DNA of 63,861 nucleotides, the filler included, from Hyphochytrium catenoides (lineage: Eukaryota; Protista; Hyphochytriomycota), in NCBI GenBank assembly GCA_900088475.1. It is 8 parts of 8 records of this genome, joined end to end, with 100 filler letters (N's around TTAATTAATTAA, not from the genome) between each part and the next. Parts side by side here need not be neighbours in the genome. Positions count along the whole stretch, not along the records: positions 12,432 to 42,648 come from FLMG01004442.1; 7 more parts are not named here. One strand, given 5' to 3'. A model generated the notes under the pieces. It worked only from the letters and a program-made list of their open reading frames with translations. It made no database searches and was not told the origin of the DNA. Both the position numbers and the translations under genes were made by a program. Below, one piece after another: positions 12,432-25,251 of this stretch. Numbering within the stretch: position 1 is the first letter of the stretch; each line of letters starts with the position of its first letter.

Positions 12432-13409
12432 GTCTGCAAAAGTGAAAGTTTCATAATGTAAATTTCGGAGAATAACTTACATCATCTTCGGTTATACAGT
12501 ACAAACATGAAGGACCGACAACAGTGACAAATCGAGAGGATTTACCTAGACAAGTAAGTACAAGTATCATAAAGACGAAAGCACGGCTTGGTTACTTGTC
12601 GTGAGCCATTTTGGGCCCTCCTTTTCGCTAGGCAGGAAGCCCTTACACGGACTTGTTAGTTCTATCAATAACTGCGTCATGACTTCAATGCGAACCTATG
12701 GAAAGTGATGGCTGAGGTTTGATGTGGTACAAGTACAAGTACCTACACGCATTCTGTGAGCACTCTACTTGCACAACACTCTCTATAGGGAACAGTTATC
12801 AACAACAGGCGAGACGTATTGTTTACATCTTACTTGGATAAGGGTCAATTGGGAACCTCATTCAGAAAGAATTGTTCATGGTACTTGCAGGGCCTAGCAG
12901 ACTTAGACTTGTCCTAAGAGTGGGTCGCTTGTAGGAAATCTCGCTGGTCACCGAACAAAGAGGAAGAAGCGGTATTTTGTTCTTTCTCCTCGTCCAATGC
13001 TCCTCCCGCTATTGCTGTCATTTAAAGCTGCTGCTACTACCTCTGACTGCCGCTCCTCCTGCCGCCGCTGCTCGTGCTGCTCCTGCTCCTGCTGCTGGTT
13101 CTGCTGCTGCTCCTACTTGCTGCTCATCACCGCCGCCAGCCAGTGTGACAATCATTAATCACCTGGCAGCACTCGGTGTCCCTGTAGGACTTGCACTATC
13201 ATCTATACCTCCTGCCGCCACCTGCCCTCTACCTACCATCCCGCCGCGCTGCATTTGATGAGGTTCGCGCCGTCCTGCTGACACCAAGCCCCCAAAATTT
13301 AAGCAGCGTAAAGGACTTGGGTCGTCTAATCCATCTGCCCCCTTCCTCCCTTAGTGCTTGGTGGTAGCGATAGATAGACGGCCGCAGGACGTTTAGAACC
13401 ACCACAATA

Positions 13410-14856
13410 ATGGGTGGTCATGCTTCGTGGCGCGTCGAGCGAGCGGAGGGCGTAGATTTTTTGATCGACAGACTCCCAGAGCTTTTGGCTTACGCACAGA
13501 GTGACCCACGGGGNNNNNNNNNNNNNNNNNNNNNNNNNNNNNNNNNNNNNNNNNNNNNNNNNNNNNNNNNNNNNNNNTCCTCTGTACGTCTGTGGCTTGC
13601 AGTCCACCAGTCGTCCAAAGCTTCGGGTGAGCTTGATATCGAACGAGCTCAAGGTTATGGAGAAGCTGACACTCACAAGATCTTTTCTTCTCGATTCCTG
13701 CCAGTTTTGCATTCACAATTTGAGAAGCAGTCAGTGGGCTGCTTGCTGGTAGAGTTTAGCGTTGAAAGCGAGGGCCGTCGGCGGAGTGTTTGTTGCTATG
13801 CTTCGGACGACGAGGCGCTTAGGTATGTTTACGCTCCTCTTCCGAACCTTTTTTGTGACGAAGGTTAGGTCAGAAGCACTAATAATAACTCTGACTTTTG
13901 CTTTCGTAAGGGCGGTTCTCCTCCATGAGGACTTTCGATGGGACATCCCCTCAAGCTTTGCTGGTTGTGCCCTTAACATTAGAACTCTTTATGACGAGGT
14001 TGTGCACAAGAAAGTTGCACCAGGGACTGCATTCTGGTGGGTTCTCTTTGCTCCCCCTTCCCCTATCGACACTTTTTTAAAAATGGTCATCGTTTCTTTA
14101 ACCTATCACCGCAGGTCTGAAGATTGTTTCCTGTACTACTTTGATCAGAGCGATGAAATGAAGGTTCAGAAGGCGTCAGACAAGCTCTCGAATTTTCTTC
14201 GAGAGAATCCACAGTATAAACTTCGTCCACTGACACGAGAGCATGCTCTGCTCGTTAATAGTACCTGGAAGTATGGCAGCGAAGAGACGATGGAGAGGAC
14301 ATATCGGCTTATTGATAACTATCCAACCATAGCCTTATACGTCAATGACAAGCCTGTGAGCTGGTGCCTCTTGCAGGACTACGAGGGCCTTGGGATGACG
14401 TACACCATTGAGGAATATAGAAGGTATTTCATCTGGTCTCAGTCACATTGGCATTACGGTACTTTTCCAAGCTGAAGCTGTCTGTGACTCTTTCTGCCCA
14501 TATTCAGGAAAGGTCTGGGTAAGGTCATCGCTTGGGCGATGGTAAAGGAGCTCACGCGTGAAAACCGTCCTATCTTCTGCTTCATTGTGACGGACAATAG
14601 TGCTAGCTTGAGGATGTATGAAAGTGCGGGCTTTGAAAGGGTCGGCAGGGTAGATTGGTTCGGTTACTACCAAGAGGCTGAGGAGGAAAGCAGCACGGAT
14701 ATTACTGAGGAAAACGCGAAGAGCGTCACTGATGAACCTGCGGGTACTACTCACTCCGCGGTTGAGGCCTCCCAGAGCTCCGGCGTGCCTGAGGTGGTTG
14801 TTCCAAGTGAGGGCGAAATAGTGTCAGGCAACGGGGAGGAGGAAGAAGAGTCATAA
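13410..14856 (+). CDS. GNAT acyltransferase, glycine N-acyltransferase-like/FR47-like, with acidic C-terminal tail (multi-exon, internal N gap)
   Basis: LRPLTREHALLVNSTWKY, PVSWCL..YEGLGMTYTIEEYRR|KGLG (motif A across the intron ~14424-14507) and NSASLRMYESAGF. Confidence 0.85.
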
Positions 14857-15768
14857 CAAACGCTATATAATGAGTTAGGATCTATTTCTCTCTTCTGACG
14901 TGTCGCGAAGGTCCTTTGCTTCTGGCTGCAAGAGGTCACTGTTGATTGGGACATCTACGACTCCGGGGTTATCTTGTTGTCCGCATTCATCCAGAGAAAG
15001 GTTGTGATGACGGGGACGACATTAGTGGGTATACAATCTGACCCAGATGGGGATAGCGCCTATCGCAGATTGACTGCGCAGTGGTATGTCCTCTCATGCT
15101 CGACCATTGGACTTCAATGCCGATTTGGTGGATGAGCTTGCCCAGTAGCGGACCTTCCTAGCATCCTTCTTCTCCCTGCCAGACGTTACTGACACATCCA
15201 CTTATTATTGAGCTTGTCCTTTCCTCGGCACCAAGTCCGTGGCAGGCTATTGGCAGCCCTGGATCGTGGACTCTGTCGCGGCAGGAAGAATCTCTATTGA
15301 TAATAGGAGCAAGCTCATTCTCAGCGTCCATCCTGGCTTCTTAACAACCGCTAACGGCCATGATAGGAAGCCAGCAGGATAGCATGAATAACGGTCCTAC
15401 AGGTAGTTCCTACTGTAAAGAACATAACGCTGTGTCTTCCTTCTTGTTTGGGCCTTTTCTTTGGCTCCTTTCCCTCTATTATTCGTCTCTGGCTGCGATG
15501 GTCGCATGGTCAGGCCCACAGCCTCCTCCTCCGCCTTCTTCAACAGCTTGACAAGACAGATCCTGCATGCTTCGGAAAGGAAGTCCATGGGCGTGGAGGT
15601 CCCAAACTCCGTTGTGGAGAACAAGGAATCATCGAAGAGCTAAAGCCAGAGGTCTGCTGGCTGAGGCGCAGAGATCCTACTCTTGAGGTTAGATCTAGCC
15701 CGCTAGCTTCCTGGCAAGGTGCAGACATTAGAATAGACTATGCGGCTTTCTTGGCCACCCACTCCAGA

Positions 15769-17175
15769 ATGGTGGACAAGAAGCGTAAGCGTGACGACAG
15801 TGGGGATGGCAGAACCCCTGCGGTTGGGACTCTTGCCATCTCCCCTGCAGCGCGGTCCTCCCTGTCAGCTTCAACAAAAAAAGCCAAGATTGCCTCGTAT
15901 GCTCCTCCCATCAAATCGTCTCTTGGAAATGTGATTACACCTCCTGTCAAGACGCCAGACTTTATGGTGGTTAAGCTTGCCAGGCCATCCTCTTCGTGCT
16001 ACGCTGCCTCCAGCAGTCTCTCAGGCAAGAGTTCGCAGGTTCTGCCCATCAGAAAAGAAGGCCGAACGTCGCTGGGCAACGTCATCTTGCCTCCAAAGGC
16101 TAACAAGTATGATTCTCAGGCTCCTAACTTATATCCATTCTCAGCGTTAATTCAGCGCGACATCTCTCTGCAGCCCTTTACAAAACGAAGACATGAGGGG
16201 ATGGCCTGAGGATCGCTTGCAAGAAAACACAGGCTCAGCTTTGGTAGACCTTGTCACAGCCCCAAGGAAGGTGAGGCTGATTCGCAAAGGCTTAGTAGTC
16301 GACAGCTGCCTTTACTAATCGTGGCTGCCGCAACAACAAAGAATAATGCTACTGAAGATATGGAGGATGAGGAAATGGGAGAGTCCGGAGGCATCCCACA
16401 ACCCTTAAGTGGCAAATCCAAAGCAACCAAGGATTTAGGCGTGCTGGTACCTCGAATGACATCAACTTTGGCAGGAAGCACGGCGGGCCTGAAAGGAAGC
16501 GAAGGATCCCTTACATCCTTCTTAAGCAGTGGTACCTCCAGGTAGAGAAGCGCGACGCACGAAGAAGATAAATCTGACATAGAGACTAATTTAGCGCAAT
16601 GTGCATTCAATCAATCTCTTGCTCAGCGTGAGTTCGCCACGGGACCAACAAGTACTCATCGTTCTCGATGCGGCTAATATTTGCCTGAAGCACTCCTATC
16701 CAGTCCAGCTTAACGCCGGAGACGGTGGGCCTCTTTCCCGATCAGTCAAGATCCTTCCTGCCGTTGTTAGCTTCTGGAAGGGTTTAGGTGCAACGGTTAA
16801 GGCGTTCTTGCCAGAAGCCTGGATACATCAGCTCCGTGAAGAGCAAGAAGAAGCAGCAATGATCAAAACACTATCGGCAGAAGGGGTGTTAGCCGTAACG
16901 CCGTCCAAGGTAAGGAAGCTGCTAGCTCAATCACGATGGTTAGAGACACACTCCCCTACTGAGGAGGGACCTTTTTTGGTAGGAAAACGATGACAACTAT
17001 ATCCTGGCGTACGCTCAGAGCCACGGTGGATACATTGTTAGCAATGATCAGTACCGCGATCATGTGTGGAATGAGGAAGATCCAGCCAGCAAAGCTGCCC
17101 TTCGGCGGTTCCTCTCTGAACGGCGGATATCATTCACCTTTCTTGGCGAAGAGTTTCTCCCTAACCCCCAGATAA
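15769..17175 (+). CDS. NYN/PIN-domain ribonuclease (Zc3h12a/Regnase-like) with long low-complexity N-terminus; true start may be further upstream
   Basis: IVLDAAN, ENDDNYIL, GYIVSNDQYRDH and RRISFTF..EEFLPNP. The frame is restored by short introns at ~16107-16155, 16271-16305, 16542-16626 and 16909-16982. Confidence 0.8.
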
Positions 17176-17502
17176 TGGCTCAACTGGTACTTCGGAGACA
17201 GCGCACCGTCACCAGGTAACCAATGAGAGATTGAACGAGCCAAAGAAGTTACCACCAGAACCGAACAGAACTCTATGCATGCGAACCTTCTCACGAGGCA
17301 GTCACTTTTTACCGCGCACTTCATCATCAGTACTGAGGACTTTAGTTCAAGGAAATGTAAGTGATGGAAGTCCTCCTTCTAAACGAGGATTCATCTTCTT
17401 CATTCCTCTCTTCCCAAGGATAGTAATGTGAGTGTCGACAAAGAGAGATTCGTCAGTTTATTGCAAGCTGCATCCCCGGATCAGAGCTTAGATGGGCTTC
17501 AA

Positions 17503-20258
17503 TTAGGTTCTCCAGGTGCCTGACTTTATGACACTACTTTGCTCTTCTGTCAACGGCACGTACTGCTGTTTGGCCTTGTCCAAAACATAAATGGGGTCTC
17601 CGTCGGCCTGAGCTAAGTCATAACCCGCCAACTTTAGGGGCCCCTTCTTAATCTTCATGGTGCCTGTGATCTCTATGTGCTTAAGAAAGCGAACAAAGAG
17701 AGGCTGAGCATAGCTTGGTAACTTCCCTTGGAAGTGCTCGTAGAGACCCTTTAAATCTTCTTCCTTGCCATCGAGAACGGCCAGCATGCCGGCTCGACCA
17801 TCGTTGCCTGGAACTAGAACTCCATAAACCGTGCAAATTCTACCTGCCCCGAGCTTGCTCATCACCACCTCTTCAACCTCCGCAGTGGATACATTCTCAC
17901 CACGCCATCGGAAAGTATCTCCAATACTATGACGTAAACCACGTAGCCGTCATAAAGGGAACAGAAGGGAAAGAAAGACTTAGTCCGTAGGGCCGGCTCT
18001 TTCGCTATTTTATCTGAACGTCACTTACCGATCCTTAAAATAGTAGTATCCGTCCAGGTCCCTGGTAAGAAGATCGCCAGTGCGGAACCATCTGTCGCCT
18101 TTTCTAAACACGTCCCGCAGGATCTTCTTCTCAGTCTCCGACTGGCCGACATACCCTTCGAACTTTCGCAGTGGGTCCTTGTCATTGATCTTGCCAATTA
18201 GCTCGCCAATCTGATATATGTACCAACATTGCGAATCGGCAAAATGTGACCCAAAGATCTTAAAGTTAGAATTGGAGTTTTGATGGCTAGCGAGGGGCCA
18301 CCATCATTGACAGTTCCACCTCTAAGGTGCTCACCTCTCCAGGTGGACATCGCATACACAGTCCATTCTTCCGCCGGACAACCTCTTCGGCATCAACGTT
18401 AAAGTGGACGGCAGCCACAGGATATAAGGACGTCAGTGTCAGTATCTGATAGCCCACAGCCCCAGGCACATTCTGATTATTGATTATGTTGGCGTTTCCC
18501 TCGGTAGCGCCGTAGAATTCTCCAATTTTCTCGATGCCATATCGTTTCTAGGTGGAGGGGCCACGCATGGCGTCAAATTTTCAGTATCATGTGCGCGCGA
18601 CATGTAAGAGGTCTATCGGTTCAAGTGCCGGTTCACTTCTTTCGGTCACTCACCTGAAAAGCGATCCACGTCTCCTTCGTCAGCCCATTGCCAACAGCCA
18701 AACGCACTTTGTGAGTCCGGTCATAGTCCTTAACTATGGGTTTACGCATAAAGAAGAGGAGATGCTTTTTAGTTGTCAATGACTTTCCTTCAAAGTCGTG
18801 ATGCTAGGCTCCTCGCTTGAGTTTAGTACCTGGAACACTGTTAAGATAGCGAACAATCTCTCCAATGTACTGAACAACTGTTGCTTTATGCTCAGTGCAG
18901 TCCTTAAAGTACTGACTCGCAGAGAACTTCTTCCGTAGTAGTACCGTGCAACCACGGATTACCGCTTGTCCGACACCAATAATCCCGCCAGATCTGTGAA
19001 TAGTTGAAGCCGCACCATGACAGTGAGATGAGCAGGAGGCATAATCGATAAACAGCAGCAGCAATAGGATACTAGCTCTCTCTCTTACGAATGATAAATA
19101 GGTAGTGGCGTATAAATAATGTCGTCCTCCTTGATGCCAAGCATCTCAGCTGGCCCGTAGGTCGTAGCGATATACCGGGTGTGGGTGACTTTAGCAGCCT
19201 TAGGAAGCCCTGTGGTGCCGCTGTGGGCAAGCATCGTAAAGGAGGACGGAGAGAGAACACTAAGAGAAGTATAATTATTATTAGGTCTGGGGTGGTGGCG
19301 GTACCTCGTGTAAATCATGAAAAGCACGTCCGTGAGCTTCAAGATAGGCTGAACAAATTGAGCTGTCTCTGACTCCTTGGTGGTAAGTTCATCCAAGGCC
19401 TCAAATCCTTCTACAGGTGGCCCGAAGCTAAACACTCGATAGTCTTTGAGGCTGTCTTTAATGTCCTGGATGGCTGGAACCAGGTCACTCCCGGATATGA
19501 CCCATTTGGCACCGGCCACCTTGATACTAACGCAGAGGGCGGACAGTTAGGCACTAGTAGATGAGGCAACAGTTACCCGGTTTAGCCATGTACCACCGTA
19601 TCATACCTGTGGAGAAGAGGTTGGTCTCTCAGTTGATTGTTAACCAAGGCGACGATAACTCCAATCTTGGCGAACGCCAACCAAGTCTGTACGAATTCTG
19701 GTCGCTGCTCCATGACCAGGGCCACAATATCTCCGTGCCTGAGCCCCTGTTAGGCACAGGGACAAGCCGACTTCTTAGCGTCGTTGGTGTGCCGCAATTT
19801 ATTGAAAAGAAGAGGTTCCCTCCCCACATTCGAAGCCTTACCTGCTTGAAGGCAAAGTTGGCGAGCTTGTTTGAGCCCCTTTCAATCTCATTAAAGGTGT
19901 AATGTCGACCCTCAAAGATAAACATTGTCTTGTCCTGCATTCTTCTAACAGTATCCTGAAACATGGTGGTCACAGAAGCTTGCGCCTTCTCATATCCCTT
20001 ATATCTAATCTGCAACTCGATCACTCGAGCAACAAAGCTGCACGAGAAGCTCGCAGGTTAGCACTTTAGCCGTTCGAAAGGGTAAGCGCTCATTGGCGTT
20101 ACGACGAGATAGCCAAATAACTAGCGAACAGACCTGAGATCGCGGGGCAAATTCTTGAGCTGGTAGTACAGCGCGACTCTGTTTGTGGCAATGTAGTATG
20201 CAAGCGCTAGAAAGCCCGCAACGAGCACGAGAATGCCAATGACGCCACCAAAATCCAT
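17503..20258 (-). CDS. FATP: Long-chain fatty acid transport protein / very-long-chain acyl-CoA synthetase (SLC27/FATP family)
   Basis: N-terminal TM followed by LPRDL. AMP-binding IYTSGTTGLPKAA, YTPLPIYHS, QYIGEIVRYL, EFYGATEGNA, WFRTGDL, RWRGENVSTAEVE and VPGNDGRAGM. Many short introns. Confidence 0.93.
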
Positions 20259-23200
20259 CTTGCCAGCGGGCTTCTTTGACCCTCTACTTCGTCTCCACTG
20301 GAGTGTGTGTGGCGGTTATGATGTGGCTGTAATAAGTGGTTCTTCGTAAAATAGGGCTAATAAGGTACTGATATCTGTTGTCTGAGACACGCGCCTACAA
20401 GCAGCCAGCAGGCATGATGGTCCTAGGTCACGCAGCACTGGCTTTCTTCAGCAGCGTGGTAGCGTATGCGACGGATAACCTGAAGTTGAAGAAAGAAGAC
20501 GACTAACAAAATCTGTTCATCGGCCGTGGGCACCGTTCTAGTCTTAGAATGAATCCCCTTCCCCGGCGGTTGGATAAGCGATATGATAATGTTCAGACGG
20601 CCCAGGGGACACCCTTTGCCTGTTATTGCAGACGCTGCAGGAACGGGGCTGCTGCTGCCTTGGAAAGAACCAGACGAGGCATCAACTCATCGTAAGAGGT
20701 GTGATGTGCTGATGTTCTCTTAGGCAAATACGTGCTATTATAGAGTGTAGAGGTTATTTAAACGGGGCATTATTCTTTTGAGCACACTCGCACTTGGTGT
20801 TGAGCTCCAACCATCTGACGAAGAAGACGGAAGAGGGCAGGACTGGTGCGGAAAGGAGGAGGAACGGTAGGAGCCGACGTAAGAGAGGAGCGTGGTTGCC
20901 ATGAGGAGCAATAATGATGTGCCCGTGCAGGCTCATAGCCAGCCGGGTCTCAGAGCTCATTTCATAAGCCTTGGACTGGTACTATTATTCAAGGCGCGGC
21001 GGATGTGTGTGGGTTGTTAACACAGCGTTAAGGTTGGGGTAAGGAGGCTAGGGCTTGCAGGCTGAGGTTACAGGAGAGAGAAGGGACCACCATCCAGGGA
21101 GCTGATGTCCGTTACAGCCTGGCCAGCATACCGCAGCCTGATCCGGCATAAAACTATTGAGGTTCTTGATAACTCACTCAAGAGCGCAATTATTCTGGAA
21201 TCGTTCCGGTTGATCAGTGTAACACCCCAAGACAAGTCAACAAGGAGCTGTCGGGGTAGAGGCAAAGCGAAGAAGGCGGCAGGACCTGTAAGAGAGCGGA
21301 GATGGGCCCTCGGCCTCTCACTGTAACGAGGAGGAGAAAGCTGTACCTGATTTGCCAACGAAGTCCAAAGGGAGGAAAGTAAGGAAGGCGTACGTATAAG
21401 GGTGCTTTGTGAAGAAGGAGAAGAGAAGATAATAGGAGGATTCCGACCTTGTTGATTTTTCTTGTGCTGGTGGTAGTAAATATGGCCCTTCGTTTTCTTC
21501 TAATTTTCTGCCTTATTATAGCGTCTTTGGTGATGGAAGCAGTCTGTTGTACAGCGCTACACTATGTTTGCCTGGTGGTGAAGACTCGAGAGTACGTGTT
21601 CCTCTATAAAGCAAAGCATTTGTGTCCTTCTTCCCGCCCGCCCCAAATTCCTCTTCCTCGTCAACCAATATCATCTTCCTGCCGCCTAATCAGGACGACG
21701 AAGTTAATCACGTTCTTCCAACCTTCGCAGTACTTAGTACCTTGTTGCTCCTTTCTAGGTGCCTCAAGGTTGATGCTCATCATGATGGTGACCTCTTCTC
21801 CCACCATCCCCAGCTAGTCTTTCGTCATCAACAAGCGGTTGTTTGTCCCTTGCTACATCGTCTTCTACTCCGGAGTATTATAATAGCCACGGGATTTTCG
21901 ACGATTTTATGAGCTATGTAGAAACTTCTGGTAGGTTTATTACTACGTCATTGATGCTACCACTATGCTGCTCATTCTTGCTGGTAACGTTTCGGGGAGA
22001 ACCAAGAAATCTCGTTCTTGAGACTGTTAGCGGACCGACCAAAGTCCGCTGCCCCTGCCGCCTGTGCCGCCTCGAGACCGCCTTCACTTTAGACATAGCT
22101 GCCAGATTTGGTAATTTGTGGCGATGTTCATCATGCCGCCGAATCCAGCAGGAGCAACAACCGGATGGTACCAAAGATCTTCAGCTCTCTCGTGCGCGAA
22201 CAAATGCTGGCTTATAGTTTCGTTGTTCTTGGGCATTGTGCGGTGGGTTAGATGGTGGTGTGTTGGTCTTCGTAACAGTCTCAGAAAATCTCAGTATCGC
22301 TGACTGGCTCTTGTCTTGGCTGGTAATAAAATAGCTGATTGTCGCTTGACTGCCCTCCCCGCCACTGTGGTTCTATCAGAAATCCCTTCTTCTTCTGTTC
22401 CTCCTCTCCTTTCTTGGTTATTATCATTCTTCTTCTATTCTTACTCTTTGCGCTATTGTTGGTCCTCCAGTGACAGAAAGCCTCATCAGCCATTCCTGCT
22501 ATTTACCCTGGCTCTTCCTTCCTTCGTCTTCTGTCATTCTGTTCCTAGGTCGTCTTGGTGTGCAGGGTCTTTCAGCATGCAATATCAAATAAGAATTGCG
22601 ACAGGTGGACGTGTGATGTAAGAGGAGTGGGAATCGAGCAAGAGGCATAAAGATGCTTGGTCCTTACTTTGGCGGGCTAGGCTTCAGTTCAGACAGCACC
22701 ACGCAGAGAAAGACTTTATGAGAGGAGTGCTTTTCCACTCCTGAGAAGTTATTGGATCATACAAAGATGGTAAAGCTTTACTCTCCCTTGTGACAGGGTC
22801 AGTCTCCCCAGGAATGCAGAGATAGAGATAGAAGCATGCAAGGGAGATTGGATAAAGGAGCTAGCCTAAGGACATGCACAGAGAAATGAAAGCGAAGACC
22901 AATAAAAAAGGAAGGAGAGAAAGACGAGTATCCACCCTGCAAGCCACTCACTGACTTCGAGGCAGGACTACCCGTCTTCCTGAGGGTACTCTTGAAGAGA
23001 TGAAGAGGTTGAACCCCCTACATCTGGCCAGTCCCCAACAACCTGGGCTCAGGTGGTGTTAGTAGGAATGTGGCAGATTTTGGTAATCATACGCTACTAG
23101 TGGTAGGAAGAGAGACAACAGGAGGCAAACCATCTCCTTCGTCATCTTTTTTAGAGGAGCTGATAGCAGCATCACCATTGGCCTTATCTTTTTGAAGTCA

Positions 23201-25251
23201 GCTTGAGTGTCTCATTATTAGTCACTTCCACTGATATCTTAATGAGGTCAAGCGACGTTAAAAATTTGTATTGGAGTGTGCAACCAACTGATTAGAAATG
23301 CACTCACCACGTGCCCTCTGTCTCCATTATGCGAGTCATTAACGCGCGGGATACCTTAGCGAAAGACCCTATGAGCTCAAGCACTGCTGATGTTTATCTA
23401 TCATGATATGCGGGGCCCTTGCTGGGTGACCTCTTGATGATGTTCCTACCAACAAACATACTAGAGGAGGGTTCCAGCCCATGGACGACCTTCTTGCAGT
23501 CAAGGCTGCTTTCAAGTCAGAAATAGGAGGAAGCCACCCAGAATCATGGGATCCTAGAAAGGAGGCAACTTCCAAGCTCTACACGACGGTTGGGGCTGCA
23601 CCTTCCTTTAAATAATAAGAGCTCCGTCGTCCGTAAATAAGTTCGAGCCACCTCGCTGGCCTAAACGGTGAAAAATGGGGTGACTTTTGTCCTTCATCCT
23701 GCGCCCCACCAATTTTGATTTACTTATCAAGATGTGTGTTGGATGCGCCTAATAATGACTTCATTATGTTAAAGTTTGCAAGCTCTCTGACGAGGCGCTA
23801 TTACGATATGGCGTGACTTCATACTTCTAACTCTGCCGAGGATGGAATATTGTGGTACTCATCAGTAGTACTAAGGAGACTTGACAACAAGTGACGTCAC
23901 CAAGTTATGTCTAAGAGAGTCATACTATTATAAAAAGCGGCAGATGAGATGCACCACCCATCATCAGCGGTTAGTCTTCTTAGCGCCTTCTTCTTCTACC
24001 CCCTCAATCTTTTCATTTAATTCGCTCCGCACCGCCGCAAGGACCGTGGTGATAATACGATGTAGGTAACAGAAGTACAAGTACCTCGTCGTCTCAACCC
24101 CCTTCCACAACAATGAAGCCAGCGGCACTGCCGCACCGAGTAATTGCAGTTGATGTTTGTTATTGTTGTCGGGCCGCCACAAACAGCAGAAGATCCTTCT
24201 TCTTCTTCTACTACACTACTGTTTCTTATTGTGATTGTTGTTCTGACTGCGCCATACTAGTCATCCCCCTAGAACCAGCCAACAAGATCACCATGATGAA
24301 GCCAACAATCCTTTAGCAGGGAGAAGAGAAGAAGACGAGGAAGTCCATGAACGAGGATCAACAACAAGGCAACAACATCATCGCTGATTGACGTCGTGTC
24401 CAATCCTGCCTGCACTTTTTCTTCTTTCGGGGTTCGTTGTTCTCATCATCCATCATCTCAAGTTCTATGACAGGGTAATAAAGGTTCCAGATCCTGTCCC
24501 ACATCATCATCAGATCATCAGCCTAGAAGGGGAATTCGTCAACCGATAAGTCGAAACTTAGAATGATCGTATCCTCGGTAGAGCCCCATAGTGTTTCGGA
24601 TGCTTGAGTACAGATATAGAGTAAGATTCGCTTTTCCCTTTATATTTGGTTTGGAACCTCTTGGGCCAGTACCTATTTAGGAGAATGAACTATTCTCGGG
24701 GATATTTCGGTTCATTCTGCCAATACATTCCCTATTGGCGCAGTAATTATCAGTGATTATCAAGTAAAGGTTATTGTGATCTTAGTACCTCTGCTGCTCC
24801 TCGTCCTGTCCATCAACACGACCTAGAAAATGGGGCTTCACGGCTCGCTCAGAAGCTCCTCCTTCATTTCCCACGCTATTCTGTCCGCGATCGCAGCATT
24901 CTCTCCACCTGCTTGCACGGTTCTCTGCTCATCGTCTGCTTGTTGCCAAGCTCTTCCATAATTCTTTGGCCCGCTGCACGGGCCTCTCCTCAGGAACACC
25001 ACCACCCTAACTAGAACCACAGTCTAACCAGGGTGACGCGCGGTCGGTGTGAGACGTTATCTTATTTGATTAGGCCTTTTTTTAAAAAGTGTGGACGCCT
25101 AGAATGCATTAAGATGAGCTGACTTGCAGAGACGACGGAGCCTTTGTCCCAAGGCTACCTTCTGCTGGAGGGAGAGGCCTGAGAGACAACCTGTGCCGAA
25201 CAGGGTTGTGATATCGTGTCTGGCCTCCCCGGCCTTGGAGGAGGCAGCAGT

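Noticed and set aside
20400-25100. Genes between FATP and exportin-T
   Set aside because: Only short ORFs without recognisable motifs or coherent splice structure.
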